Shown: positions 43,009 through 56,415, numbered from the stretch's first letter. The stretch: DNA of 64,000 bases from Salpingoeca rosetta (GCA_033442325.1 JAWQFM010000004.1:1795393-1859392); one strand, 5' to 3'. The notes: generated by a model not told the origin, from the sequence alone. Numbers and translations are program-made.

Positions 43009-44343
43009 TCACGCCAGGAGCGGGACCCCTTCGTCGTCGCTCATGTGTCCCGGCTCCAAGGACTCGTCGTCATCGTCGTGCAAATACGCATTGACCGGCG
43101 GCAGGCACATCTGGTGGTGGTGGTGGTGGTCGTGGTCGTGGTGGTGGTGAATTGGGGAGGGGGAAAGGGGTAAGGAGGAGGTGATGAGCGTAAGCAAGTG
43201 GAGGGGGAAGGGGAGGTAGGTGAGAAGAGAATACGGAGGGCGGGATGATGAGTTGATGCGTGAGTGCGCAAGACACGTGTTCAACAGTGACGCAGATGGT
43301 TGGTGGCAGCACGACCCAGTATGGGCTCCCCAACTCCTCATACATACACACATACACATGCATACACACACATGCATACACACACACACATACAAACACA
43401 TACACATACACATACACACCTCGTAAAAGTGGGCCATTCCTCCGACCGGCAGAAGAGGACCGATGATGACATAGACGGTGAAGCCGAGATACGGCACAAC
43501 CACCAGCACAACCAGCACAATGTAGTACCTGCAGCACGGCAGTTGCAGTGGTGGTGGGAAAAACCGTTCATGAGCATCGCGAGGATGGGGAGAACAATGG
43601 TAGCGACGGAGAGCACAAACGGATGACGATACAGGAAGGCGTCCACACGACAACACGATTGCACACCACCACAGCACACCACACCACAGTCACACACAAG
43701 ATCACGCCCACACATCATCACGACACACGCACCAGGTGGTTGCGTATTGCTGGAGCGTATCGATGAGGAGGTACGTGTTGATGCCAAACAGGAACACGCA
43801 CACCGTCCACGCTGTTGTTGAAGAAGACAGCCATACATACGCAGACGAGCCATGGAAAAAAGGGGAGGGGGATGGAACACATGTGAGCAAGCATGAGGTA
43901 TGGCGAAGGGTTGTGAATGAATCACACACAGACAGACAGACAGGCAGACAGACACACACACACACACGCACAGACACAGACAGACAGACAGACACACACA
44001 CACACACATCCCCTCCCCCTTCAGCGCGTCATACCGAGGTAGAGCAAAGCGCCCTTGAGGCGGCGCGCGCCCATGATGCCCCGAACAGAAACAAAATGGA
44101 GGAGCGGGAAGAGCGCAAACGGAAGTTGAAAACTCTGGAGGACATTCATCCACTCAAACATGAGGTTGAGGATGTCTTTGTTCGTCACTACGGAGATCTG
44201 ATCGCAAAGGGAAAGAGGGGCGGGGTGGTGTTTGGTGGTGAGCCGGGAGGGGCAGGCACACGGGTGCACGTGAGGAGCGGGATGAGTAGGAGACGAGGTT
44301 GAAAGACAGGTCATGCTGCTGAACACACATACACACACACACA

Positions 44344-44412
<69 letters not shown>

Positions 44413-44685
44413 CACATCACCACATCACACACACACACACACACACACATCACCACACCACACACACCACGACGGTGGGGATCATGGCGAGGGAGCGCGT
44501 GAGGGCGACGCGCTTCCACGGCGCCAACCGCAGGCGCAGGAATCCCTCCATCACAAACTGGCCCGCGTACGTGCCCTGACGTGACGAACGAGGGGGAGGG
44601 GGCATAAAGGGAGTGAGTGTGGAGGTGGGGGTGAGGTGAATGAGGCAGCAGGAAGGGACAGACAGAAGGCAGGGAAATTCAACCT

Positions 44686-44772
<87 letters not shown>

Positions 44773-45605
44773 AACAGCTACACACACACACACACAACAC
44801 AACACAACCACAACCACATACAAACAAACAAACAAACAACACACGCCCCCTCCACCAACCTGGACGTCGCTGGCGATGATGGCAATCTCCATCATGATCC
44901 AGAGCGTGAGTTTGGCGGGGCGCCCGTACGCCTCCCGGCAGACCTGCGCTAGATGGCGCCCGTTTGTCACGCCGAGCCGCGCACACAGCACCTGTGCCAT
45001 GGCGGTGTGTGAGTGTGTGTTTGTGAGTGAGAATGTGAATAAGAGTGAGAGAGTGTGTGTGAATGAGAGTGAGTGTGTGGTTGCATGTGTGTGTGCGTGT
45101 TGTATGTGAGACAGTGTGCGCTTTAGAAAAGTATATGCCGGTCAACACCAAAGCTGAGCGCTCAATTGAGCGTTATAAAGGCACCACCAAACCCACCTGG
45201 AAGAAGAGCCCGGCAATGGTTGACCACAGCAGCACCCAGAGCAGCCGATAGCCGGCAATGGCGCCTGCTTGCAGGTCCGACTCAATGTTGCCTAGTTCAT
45301 CACGCGGGCGTTGGGACGTGCACCAAATGGGAAGTGTGAATGCCACGCGAACACCCAGTAACCACACCACCATCAACGCCTTGCGAGACCAGTATTCCTT
45401 CCCCACACACACCTGGGTCGAGGTAGGCGATGCTCATGAGCCATCCTGGTCCCGTGTATGCCCACAAGGTCTTGAAGCTGAAGCGAGGCTGTGCGAACAA
45501 ACCGAAAAAGACGAGTATACACGGACAACGTGGGTCAGTTAACAGTTGCAAACCATTGCCAAAAAAGCCAGTCTAGCAACACGCACACACACACACACAC
45601 ACACA

Positions 45606-45642
<37 letters not shown>

Positions 45643-45852
45643 TCACTCACACTCACACACACTCACACACTCACACTCACACAATCCCCCCCCCACACAC
45701 ACACACACCGGGTGCTCGCTGGGTCGTGGCACGGCCACAGAGCCGCTCTTCACATGCTGGTAGCGGCTCTCCTCAATCAGCTCCTCGTCGGCACTGTTGA
45801 TGCCAAAGGCAGCGGAAGGCGCATTTGACCCCTCTGGCATCTCGAAACCCAT
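43009..45852 (-). CDS. NRAMP/SLC11 divalent metal transporter, with the central exons missing from this sequence
   Basis: [15 protein letters not shown]|[68 protein letters not shown]. Multi-exon from ATG 45852. Confidence 0.9.
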
Positions 45853-46692
45853 CTCCAAGCAAGGCGGAAACTGGTCACAGCCGAGCGGCGCTGTTGGTGT
45901 GCTGTTGGTGTGCTGTAGGTGTGCTGCGGCACCAAAGTCTGCTTCACTTGTGAGTGTGTGTGTTGGTGATGTGTAATAATGCAATGCAACACACCCAAGA
46001 CTAACAGAAAGCGTCACGGGTGCTTTCTCTCTCTCTCTCTGTGAGTGTGTGTGGCAGTTGATCACACGACGGTGGCAGCGGAAATGCGTGGGCACTGGAG
46101 CTGGAGGCTACCACACAAGCAAGCTCAGCCGGCCAAGCTCACGTCAGGGTGCGGTGCTCTCGCTGCTGCCAACCAACCACGTTGTCCCCACCGCGAAAAG
46201 GGTTTGACTTTTGCGCCATGCAAGGTCGAATTTCCACGAATATCTTCATCAGATCCTCCAAAATCACTCCGGAGCAAAAGCAGCGAAAGCAAGAAGCGAA
46301 GGCGGTTGTTGGAGGAGACAGAGCGTTTGTGCTTGCGTGTGTGTGTCGATGGTGAAGGCAGGCTGGTGATTTGCATTTACATATTGTCGGCTGATGTGGA
46401 ATGACAACACGCTGAGCTGGGGCATTGGGGTTACACGCGAACACAGATCAGTTACTCTTGTGAGCTGTGCGGCGCGCCAATCGATCCGTTGGTTGGCGCG
46501 GTAGTTTTGATTGTTGAATGTTGTGTTGTGAACAACATCAACCACATCATCGGCAATCAGGCACATCAAACAGCCGATTCAGCAGAACCGGACTTTGAGA
46601 AGGTGGAAGGTGGGAACGCGGGACAAGGAACAGGGGCGGAAGCTGGAGGCTTTGGCTTGCTCGACACTTGACGAACCGCAAGCAGCAGCACA
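45853..46692. promoter_or_regulatory. Putative bidirectional promoter region between NRAMP and ZIP
   Basis: 840 bp between divergent start codons. No specific motif identified. Confidence 0.4.
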
Positions 46693-46832
46693 ATGTCAGA
46701 TTTGGAGTATGGGGCGATACCGGGAACGCTTGTCACGGGCGCCCTGGGCTGCCTGTTGCCTTACATGACCAAGAAGTTGGATAAGGAAGTTCGTGGCACC
46801 GTCCTCGTACGCGGCAACGCCTTTGCTGCTGG

Positions 46833-46887
<55 letters not shown>

Positions 46888-47682
46888 TGTGTGATATTGT
46901 GTGTGTATCGGTGTGTGTGTGGGTGTGTGATGTTGAGTGTAACTGCTTGGACGCGATCCAAGCGGTTTGGGCCTTGCACTCAGCACCTTGTTGTGTCAAT
47001 GAGATCCCTCACTTTACTCACATCCTTATGTGCTTGTGTGTGTGTGCTTGTACGTTCGATTCTTCCACCTCTCTGCCCCCTCCTCCCTGCCGTTTGTGCC
47101 GCCAACAGTGCTGAGCTCGGCTGGGCTTGTGCATTTGTTACCTGATGCGACGGAATCCATCACCTTCACCAAGTTCCCCTTTGCCAGCTGCTTGGCTGGG
47201 GTCGTCTTCATCGTCCTCCTCTTTATCGAGGCACGTGGATGGTGGAGTGCTGCTTATGTTGTTCGCTGCCTGCAACCCCTGCTGCTTTTGTGCGTGATGT
47301 GTGTGTGTGTGTGTGTGAATGTGTGAATGTGTGAGTGTGTGTGGGTCTGTGATGTGAATGCTCACCCTGGGTCTGTGATGTGAATGCTCACCCTGTGCGT
47401 ATTGTGCGTGCCTTGTGCATGTTGTGGATGCAATGCAGATGGTGAGTCACCGGCCCATACGACAGACGCCGCCGCCGCCGCTTGTCAATGGGATTGATCA
47501 GATGGAGCGCGTCCAGTCGCCCCCGCCCCACGCCAACCTCGAGAGCCCTCTACTGGCACCCAACGTGCGTACTGTTGTGTTGCGGGGAGGGAAGAAAGGT
47601 GTGGGGTTGCGTGCCGCTGATGTTTCAATCTACCCCTGTTTGGAACGGTGTTCACTCTTACCTCTCGCAAAACACACACATA

Positions 47683-47778
<96 letters not shown>

Positions 47779-48718
47779 ACCTGGCGCGTGCGTCCCTGCA
47801 GGCCACTGCGCCCCCGCCAAAGCGACAGCTGCACGTGTACGTCCTCGCCATCGGCCTCGTCGCGCACAGCATCATCGCAGGCCTGGTTCGTCCCATATGT
47901 GTGTGTGTGTTTAGGCTTCGTTGCAGTCACGCTGCTGTGTTTGCCTCCTTTTCCCCCCGTTTCCTTCCACTTTTGACCCCCCCCCCCCGCCAATCACCAA
48001 TCACCAATCACCAATCACCAATCACCAATCACCAACATCGCCCTTCTCTCCTCGCCCCCCCCCCTTCGCTCTTGGCGTCACAGGCGCTGAGCCTGACGGG
48101 TCGACCGAGCACACAGATTGGCATCCTGGTAGCTGTATTGGCGCACAAGGCGTTTGCTGCCTTTGCCCTGGGCAACAGCACCGTGCGTAAAGGGTGGTCG
48201 CTGTCCCGCGCTGCGCCCTTGCTCGCATTCTTCTGCTGCTCCACCCCGCTCGGCATCGGTGCGTTGCTGCTGCTGTTGCTGTGTTGCTGTGTTGTTGTTG
48301 TGTGTGTGTGTGTGTGTGTGTCTGTGTGTCTGTGTGTGTCTGTGTGTGTGCGTGTGTCTGCACATGTGTTTGCGCAAGTGTCTGTGTGTGTGTCTGTGTG
48401 TCTGTGTGTCTGTAGATACACACGGTGAAACCCCATCCGCGCTGTCCCTCTTTCCCCCCTCCCAACTCCAACACCCCCCCCCCAACCTCCTGCTCCCCTC
48501 TCCACATGTCTGCAGGCATTGGGCTGGGGATCAAGACGACCATCACCTCAGACTCCAACCAGGCAGTGCCCATCCTGCAGGCGGGCGCATCGGGGGTGTT
48601 CCTGTACATGGGGTTCTGGCACCTGCTCCACGACATGATCACAGACATTGACCTGGTCGACTTCTTCATCTACGCCCTCGGCTACGGCACCATGTCTACG
48701 CTCGCCATATGGACGTAG
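46693..48718 (+). CDS. ZIP/SLC39 (ZRT/IRT-like) metal transporter
   Basis: Exons 46693-46834, 47109-47230, 47439-47564, 47802-47885, 48084-48258, 48516-48718. Motifs NAFAAGVLSSAGLVHLLPDA, AHSIIAGLAL, AHKAFAAFALG, STPLGIGIG, ASGVFLY. Confidence 0.9.
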
Positions 48719-49350
48719 CGGCGGTGATGGTGATGATGGTGCCAGGTGTGACAGTTGTGACAGGTGTGACAGCCTAATGATGGGGTGCGTGCTCTGCATC
48801 CTCTATGTGTACGCTCTATGTGCACGCGCTATGTGGACGCTGGCTGCACGCGCTGCCTGTGCGCTGCATGCTTCAAGTGTTCGCTCTGTCGTTCTCCCGC
48901 GCGCTCTCCCTGTGTGTTGACTAGCTGTTTGGATGGAGTGATGTGTGGTTGTGATTAGGTTGCGGCAATGTGTGATCTGCCCCTTTTAGCTTATGCCGTG
49001 TGAACTGACCTGGATTGATGTTAACAGAGCCCGTGTTTGTCCTTAAACCGTCAACGTTCGAAACAGGCACCCATGTGCAGTACGTGCGTGCTGGCTTGCT
49101 TGAAAAGGGGATGTATGAGGGATCGTGTGTACATTGTTGCTTACAGGTGTTGGTCAGTTACACAGGAGGGGCTGGGAGGCGAAGGAGGAAAGATGGGGGG
49201 GGGGAGGGTGATGTGGTGGAAGTACACGGGAACGAGGAAGGGAGGCGAGAAGAAAGCACAGATCTGAAAGACACACAGAGTGTGTCCCATTACATCACGT
49301 CTTGCCACAGCTCAACGTCAACGACACGAACAACGACGACAACGCTGGCT

Positions 49351-50096
49351 TCAGATGAGCTTCGTGAGAAAGGAGTCCTTGCAAGCACGGAGTATGTAGA
49401 CGAACAAGACGACAACAGCTATGAATGCAAGCACAAACACGGGCCACAAGAGAGATGTGCGTCTCCAAAACACAAACAAGGACACCACAAAGAATGCCGT
49501 GAAGCCGGCAGCAGCCGCCATGAAGTTGAGCTTCTCGTCGCGCTGTTGCGTGTTGGGAATGTGTGGTAGTGGGAGAAGTGGGGGGGACGTGTTGGCAGCA
49601 GTGAGAAAATGCAGAGAGGAAAGAGAAAGACTGGGGGTGACGTCACAGCAACTGTGCAAAAGACAAGAGGTCATGTCAGACGCACACACACACACACACA
49701 CACATGTGCGCGCAGTGTACTCACCGACATGGTCTTGAGGACACCCAGCCCCGTGGTCAGGCCGGTTTGGACTTTGTGTGTGGTGTCCCGATTCCTCTTC
49801 AGCTCTTCATTCTGTTGCACTGCAGATGCGACGATGGTGATTGTGATAGCGGGAGGGTGAGGGTGACGATGAGGACAATGAGCGGCGGCGTGAGGATGAT
49901 GTGAATCATACGAATACACACACACATACACATACACATACACACACACATACACACGCACACACACACCGAGCACGTCGAGGGAGGAGAGGCCTTGGTT
50001 GACGCTGTGCTCAAGATCCCGCCGCACCTCCAGCAGCTTGTTTGTCACATCTGCCTCGCCAGCCTGCTGCTGCACACGCCGCCGTCGCTCCCGCAT
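49351..50096 (-). CDS. Short Sec20-like SNARE with C-terminal hydrophobic helices (3 exons)
   Basis: Heptad SNARE-like segment DVTNKLLEVRRDLEHSVNQGLSSLDVL-VQQNEELK...GVLKTMS, then GFTAFFVVSLFVFWRR. Exons ~49969-50096, 49725-49819, 49351-49543. Confidence 0.55.
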
Positions 50097-50706
50097 TGCT
50101 GTTGCTGTGTCTGAGTGCGTGTGTGTTCGTTGTGCTGTGCTTCGCTTTGTTGTGCTGTGTTGTTTCTGGCTTCTTGTCATAATTTTACCAACTCAACCCA
50201 TTTTACCAACTCAACCCGTTTTACCAACTGAGAATTTACCAACACAAGCACAGCAACGAAGGTGAGCAGCAGCATCATGATGACGATGATCATGAACGAG
50301 TTTGACTTTGGGGCACGGTGGTGGTGGTGCTGGATGACGCCATGGAATGGAAGGAGACAATGCGTGTGCATGCGTGTGTACGCGCCTCCCGGGCGTGCAT
50401 CTCTTTGGCGGATATGCCCTTGAGAGATTGCATATGTGCCATTCTTTCCGTTCCGTTCGGTTGCATCCAATTGCAGTGCAAGAGTGGTGGTGAAGTGAGC
50501 ACACATGACACGATGCTCAACCCCAACCACGCAGAACACAGACACACTTGCACAACGTGCTGGTGTGCTGGTGCTCTGTCTACGATGTTGTGGTGATGGT
50601 GTGATGTGATGGCATGACGCTATGCGCGTTCTGTGTTGTGCCTTGCAAGCAGGCGACTCACCCTTTTGTTTGCGTATTTTTGTTCTCTCTTTGCGCTACA
50701 CGACAG

Positions 50707-52395
50707 ATGTTGGTGAACAGCGCGTCTCGGCCATTGGCGTGGTTCGCCCGTGCGTCTTCATTTCCTCGCCGCTCTGCCCAAGCCCTCGCCTCCTGCCACT
50801 GCTCTCACAGTCAACAGCACCACCAACAACAGCCGCGCCGCTGCTTCTCCCAGTCGTCCTCCAACCAGCAAACGCCAGCCAGCGTCGCCAACAGCAACAG
50901 CAACAGCAACCGCACAACAGCCGCCGTCCTCTTGTCGCTGGGCTCCGCCGCTGCGCTGACGGGAGGCTACCTGCTGCACGACAGCCAACAAAGCACACCT
51001 TCATCTTCCTCCCCCGCATCTGATCGACGCTCGCTCGTGCCCACGCTTCCTCGCCCTCGATTCCTCAGCATGGCGCACTGCGAAAAAGTGCCCGGCGCAC
51101 CGCCCGCCACCGCTCACATCTCCCGCCTCATGCTGCCAGGTGGGGTGTCTGTGTCATGTCGTGTCGTGTGTGTGTGTTGTTGTGTGTGCGTAAATGTGTA
51201 TCTGTGTGTGTGTGTGTGTGTGTGTGTTGTGTGTGCGTAAACCTGTGTGTGTGTGCGTGTGTGTGTGTGTTGGTCTGTGTCATGTCCTCTGCCTTTGTCT
51301 CTGTCATATTCCTCAGTCTCAGTACCGCTGCCGTTGTGAGCATTCCACGCTCACCTCTCTCCAAACCTCCTTCCCTCCTCCAACAAACATACCACCCATC
51401 CATGACAGACGACGCCAACCCCGCTGGCAACGTGCACGGCGGCACGATCCTGCATATGATCGACCAGGCCGGGTGGGCGGCTGCCACCAAGTACTACAAT
51501 GCCAACGCTGAGGACGGTGTTGTTGGCGTGGCCAGTCTGGCGCGCATTGAGCGCGTGGACTTTTTGCAGCCAATGTTCATTGGCGAAGTGTCGCAACTGG
51601 ACGCCAAGGTGACGTACACGTCCCCTCACACCATCGAGGTTGCCGTCGATGTCAAGGCAGAGAATGTCCTCACAGGCAAAACCAGAACCACAAACAAGGT
51701 GCGTATGATCGTGTGTGTGTGTGTGAAAGTGTGTGCGACTGTATGTGCTTGTGTTCTTCTTGCCGTGCCTGCTGTCTTCCGTCCCATCTACAGTCTACAG
51801 TGATGGACAACCCTTTGTCCAGTGCGCCCAACGCAGGCATTCACGTCCTTCCTCTTCCTTTCTCTCTCTCTCCCCATTCCTGCCTGCAGGCACGTGCGTG
51901 GTATGTGGTGAAGGAGTACACGCCGCATGTGGAGCACACGACGTCAGTGCTGGAGCGAAACAACACGCGCGATCTGTACATCAACGCGCCCGTGCTGCCC
52001 GTACCGCAGCTGGCGTTTGAGTCTGAGGAGCAAGCGGCCGAGGGCAAGCAGCAATATGAGCAGCAGTGCCAGGACAGGCTGACACGCGCAGAGGCGGATG
52101 CAACGCACCCCATCACCGACAGCCAGGCCACGCTCATCCACGTCATTCTTCCGTCTGACTGCCACAGCAACGGGCTGGCACAGGCTGGCACGGTCATGAA
52201 GCTGATGGACACGGCGGCCGGGGTGACGACAGTCAAGCACTGCCGCTCGAATGTTGTGACGGCGTCACTGGAAGCGGTGGACTTTCTGCGCCCCGTCTTC
52301 AACGGCGATCTGATTGAGATCCACGCCTACCCAATCTTCAACAGCAGCAGGTGAGGCTTGTGGTCGGGTTGCAGCGAGATTGTGCGTTTGTGTAC

Positions 52396-52451
<56 letters not shown>

Positions 52452-53150
52452 CTTCTCTGTGAGAGTGCGCGTCCGCCCGGTCCCTCGGCGTGGGTGAGTG
52501 TAATGTACTGTAGGGATGCGTGGAACTGGGAGCGGGATCTGTCTCGGGAAGACGGATGTGGCCCACATAACAACAAACGGATAGATGACGCGAGAGCGTA
52601 GTGTGCGGTTGTAGATTACGAAAAGTAACCTGATGTGAATGAGTATGTTGGGTTTGTTTTCTTCGTCCTATAGTGAGTCATAGAGGAGAGCANNNNNNNN
52701 NNNNNNNNNNNNNNNNNNNNNNNNNNNNNNNNNNNNNNNNNNNNNNNNNNNNNNNNNNNNNNNNNNNNNNNNNNNNNNNNNNNNNNNNNNNNNNNNNNNN
52801 NNNNNNNNNNNNNNNNNNNNNNNNNNNNNNNNNNNNNNNNNNNNNNNNNNNNNNNNNNNNNNNNNNNNNNNNNNNNNNNNNNNNNNNNNNNNNNNNNNNN
52901 NNNNNNNNNNNNNNNNNNNNNNNNNNNNNNNNNNNNNNNNNNNNNNNNNNNNNNNNNNNNNNNNNNNNNNNNNNNNNNNNNNNNNNNNNNNNNNNNNNNN
53001 NNNNNNNNNNNNNNNNNNNNNNNNNNNNNNNNNNNNNNNNNNNNNNNNNNNNNNNNNNNNNNNNNNNNNNNNNNNNNNNNNNNNNNNNNNNNNNNNNNNN
53101 NNNNNNNNNNNNNNNNNNNNNNNNNNNNNNNNNNNNNNNNNNNNNNNNNN

Positions 53151-53221
<71 letters not shown>

Positions 53222-53917
53222 GGGGGTGGTCTGTGTGTGGGTGTTCGTGTGTGTTTGTTTGTGTGTGTGTGTCTGTCTGTCTACCTCTGTCTGCCTGCCT
53301 GCCTGTCTGTCTACCTCTGTCTGCCTGTCTGCCTCTGCCTGTGTCTGTCTGTCTACCTCTGTCTACCTGTGTCTGCCTGTCCACCGATCTGCCTCTGCAT
53401 ACTCGTCTGCCCATGACCTTGCCTCCGGTTTGCTTCCATTTGCTCACCCCCTCACCCCCATCCTCCCCCCCCCCTTCGCCAAATTGCCAGGTCCATGGAC
53501 ATTGAGGTGAACGTGTTCAGCATCGACCACCTCACGTCTGAGCGCCGCCTTGCCACGCGGTCCATCTTCACGTTTGTCGCCCTGGACGAGCACCACCGCC
53601 CAAAGCCCGTGCCACCGGTCGCCATCACGACGCAGGCGCAGCAGGTGCGGTGGGACGTGCGACAGCGCAAGTATGAGGAGCGCAAGGCGGCGCGTGATGC
53701 ACTCAAGGCGAAGATGGGAGCACGCGGCAAGCAAGCAAAGGGTGATGGTGGTGAGCAGGAGGGGATGAAGAAGAGTCAGGATGAGGATAAGTTGGATAAG
53801 AAGGAGGATGAGGTGAAGAAGAGTGAGAGTGATGGTCAGGATGAGGTGAAGAAGGCAAAGACGCTGGATAGTGCAGACGTGTGTGAATGTGACAAGGGCA
53901 AGCAGGAGAAGGCGTGA
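50707..53917 (+). CDS. Double hotdog-fold acyl-CoA thioesterase, ACOT7-like, with a probable mitochondrial targeting peptide
   Basis: [28 protein letters not shown]...[32 protein letters not shown]. Exons 50707-51139, 51409-51698, 51890-52350, 53491-53917 join in frame across the gap. Arg/Ser-rich N-terminus. Confidence 0.85.
52693..53150. other. Assembly gap inside thioesterase intron 3
   Basis: Run of N; flanking exons join as NSSR-SMDIEV. Confidence 1.
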
Positions 53918-53939
53918 TGCGTAAGCCAAACAGCAGAAA

Positions 53940-54022
<83 letters not shown>

Positions 54023-54075
54023 TCATGGAGCTCCCTTTGCCAAGGCCTCTCTGTCCCTCCGTTCTTGCATTCATC

Positions 54076-55087
54076 TCAAAACCAGCAGAAGCATCTCTGC
54101 TTGTGCACATTCAAAAAAGAAACACAATCCTTGAACGGTGTTGGGTTGTGTTCGTCCAGCGCATCTCTGAGCGCCGGGTCCAGCGCGGCGTCCGAGTCTG
54201 TGACGACGAGCACGCGCGTCCCCTTCCCTTTGAGCGCCCGTATAAGCGGCGCGTAGTCGGGGTCTGTCACAAACAAGACAACCGTCTTCACGTCCGTCGG
54301 CATGTCTGCGAGCGCAAACGTTGTGATGGCCACGTCCACACCCGCGCCAACGGGCACCTCGATGGCCGCAGACTTGTAGCGGCAGTTGACGTCCTCGCAG
54401 TTGGTCCGAAAGGGCTTGAGGTACCGGAAATGGACGGCAATGTGCGCCTGCTGCATGTTCCTCAGCAAGGACTTGCGGGACTTGTCGGCCTTGCGATGTG
54501 ACGGAAAGTCGTGCAGGGACGAGTCCATCACCGCATCAAACAAGTGTATCTTCAAATGCGTATGTGCGTGTGTGTGTGTTTGTGAGTTTGTGCGTACGTG
54601 TGTGTGTGTGTGTGTTTGTGCGTGCGTACGCGTGCGTACGCGTGTGTATGTGTGTGTATGTGAGTGAGTGTGTGTGTGTGTGTGTGTGCGTGCGTGCGTA
54701 CGTACGAGAGTGCGCACGTATGCACGTGCGTGTTTGCAAGCAAACCAGTGGTGTTTGTGCAGGGCGGTCAGACAGACCACCAGAAAACGCGCGACAAGCA
54801 GAAGAAACGTCACCACCGCAAAGGAGGTCATTGGTCCTCTTGTGCGCTCTTCTCGCAGAACAAGAAAAGACATGTCCGTTGTAACCAAACTCAACAACGG
54901 AAACAGCAACGGAAACAGCGGCGCTTACTCTGGCGATGGAGAGACTCCAACGGTCTGCAATCTTCTCGCTCAGGCGCTCCAGCCATTTCGGGGCTGCCCG
55001 CACGCTCAACCTGTCACGCTCCAAAGGAGCAAAGTAACAGGTTCCATCCACGAGCAGCAGCGCCTTTTCACCCTTTGGCTCTTCCAT
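54076..55087 (-). CDS. NYN-domain (LabA/DUF88-type PIN-like) putative RNase, paralog 1
   Basis: Exons 54929-55087 and 54076-54549. Motifs ALLLVDG, IHLFDA, GAGVDVAI, VLFVTDPDYAPLIRALK. Confidence 0.75.
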
Positions 55088-56415
55088 GGCGACAGCAACA
55101 GCTTCTTTGAGCTGGCTCGCTGACTGGGTTCTCTTGTCTTGGGTGAGGGAAATGGGTGTGAAAGCAAAGCAAGAAGAAGATTCTGCTGCTGCTGCTGCTG
55201 CTGCTTCTGCTGCTGCGACGAGGTGTGTCAGATCTGTGTTGACGTCGACCAAGTCGCTTGTGTCTGCGGAAATATGTTTGAAATCTTAGGCAATCATCTA
55301 CACGGCCCATCGACTGACTCTGGCAAGACGATTTGCTTTGTTTGTGGTTTGGAAAGACTTTCTTGTTTTGATGGGAAGAGAGCAAGTGTTTGCAGATGTG
55401 GCAGGTTGAGGTTGCGAAACAGGCAACACTTTGCATATCGGGGTTGTACCCAGCTCGATCGCGACGTTGTATTTGGAACATGGTAGCCACAAAATTATGA
55501 ACACAGGGTATGAACACTACCTTGTTGGCTTTTTTTGTCAACACGCAAACACACACACACACACACACACTCCTATGCATAACTAAAGGCAGGGCGTCAG
55601 ACAGACACCAGAAAACGCGCGACAAGCAGAAGAAACGTCACCACCGCAAAGGAGGTCATTGGTCCTCTTGTGCGCTCTTCTCGCAGAACAAGAAAAGACA
55701 TGTCCGTTGTAACCAAACTCAACAACGGAAACAGCAACGGAAACAGCGGCGCTTACTCTGGCGATGGAGAGACTCCAACGGTCTGCAATCTTCTCGCTCA
55801 GGCGCTCCAGCCATTTCGGGGCTGCCCGCACGCTCAACCTGTCACGCTCCAAAGGAGCAAAGTAACAGGTTCCATCCACGAGCAGCAGCGCCTTTTCACC
55901 CTTTGGCTCTTCCATGGCGACAGCAACAGCTTCTTTGAGCTGGCTCGCTGACTGGGTTCTCTTGTCTTGGGTGAGGGAAATGGGTGTGAAAGCAAAGCAA
56001 GAAGAAGATTCTGCTGCTGCTGCTGCTGCTTCTGCTGCTGCGACGAGGTGTGTCAGTCTGTGTTGACGTCGACCAAGTCGCTTGTGTCTGCGGAAATATG
56101 TTTGAAATCTTAGGCAATCATCTACACGGCCCATCGACTGACTCTGGCAAGACTTGCTTGTTTGGTGGGGGTTCGTGGTTTGGAAAGACTTTCTTGTTTT
56201 GATGGGAAGAGAGCAAGTGTTTGCAGATGTGGCAGGTTGGTGCTGCGAAACAGGCAGCACTTTGCATATCGGGGTTGTACCCAGCTCGATCGCGACGTTG
56301 TATTTGGAACATGGTAGCCACAAAATTATGAACACAGCGTATGAACACTACCTTGTTGGCTTTTTTTGTCAACACGCAAACACACACTCACACACACACA
56401 CACACACACACACAC
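54760..56415. repeat. Tandem ~828-bp duplication of the NYN-1 upstream region, exon 1 and intron start
   Basis: Units ~54760-55570 and ~55590-56415, each ending in (CA)n. Start codons at 55087 and 55915. Confidence 0.95.
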
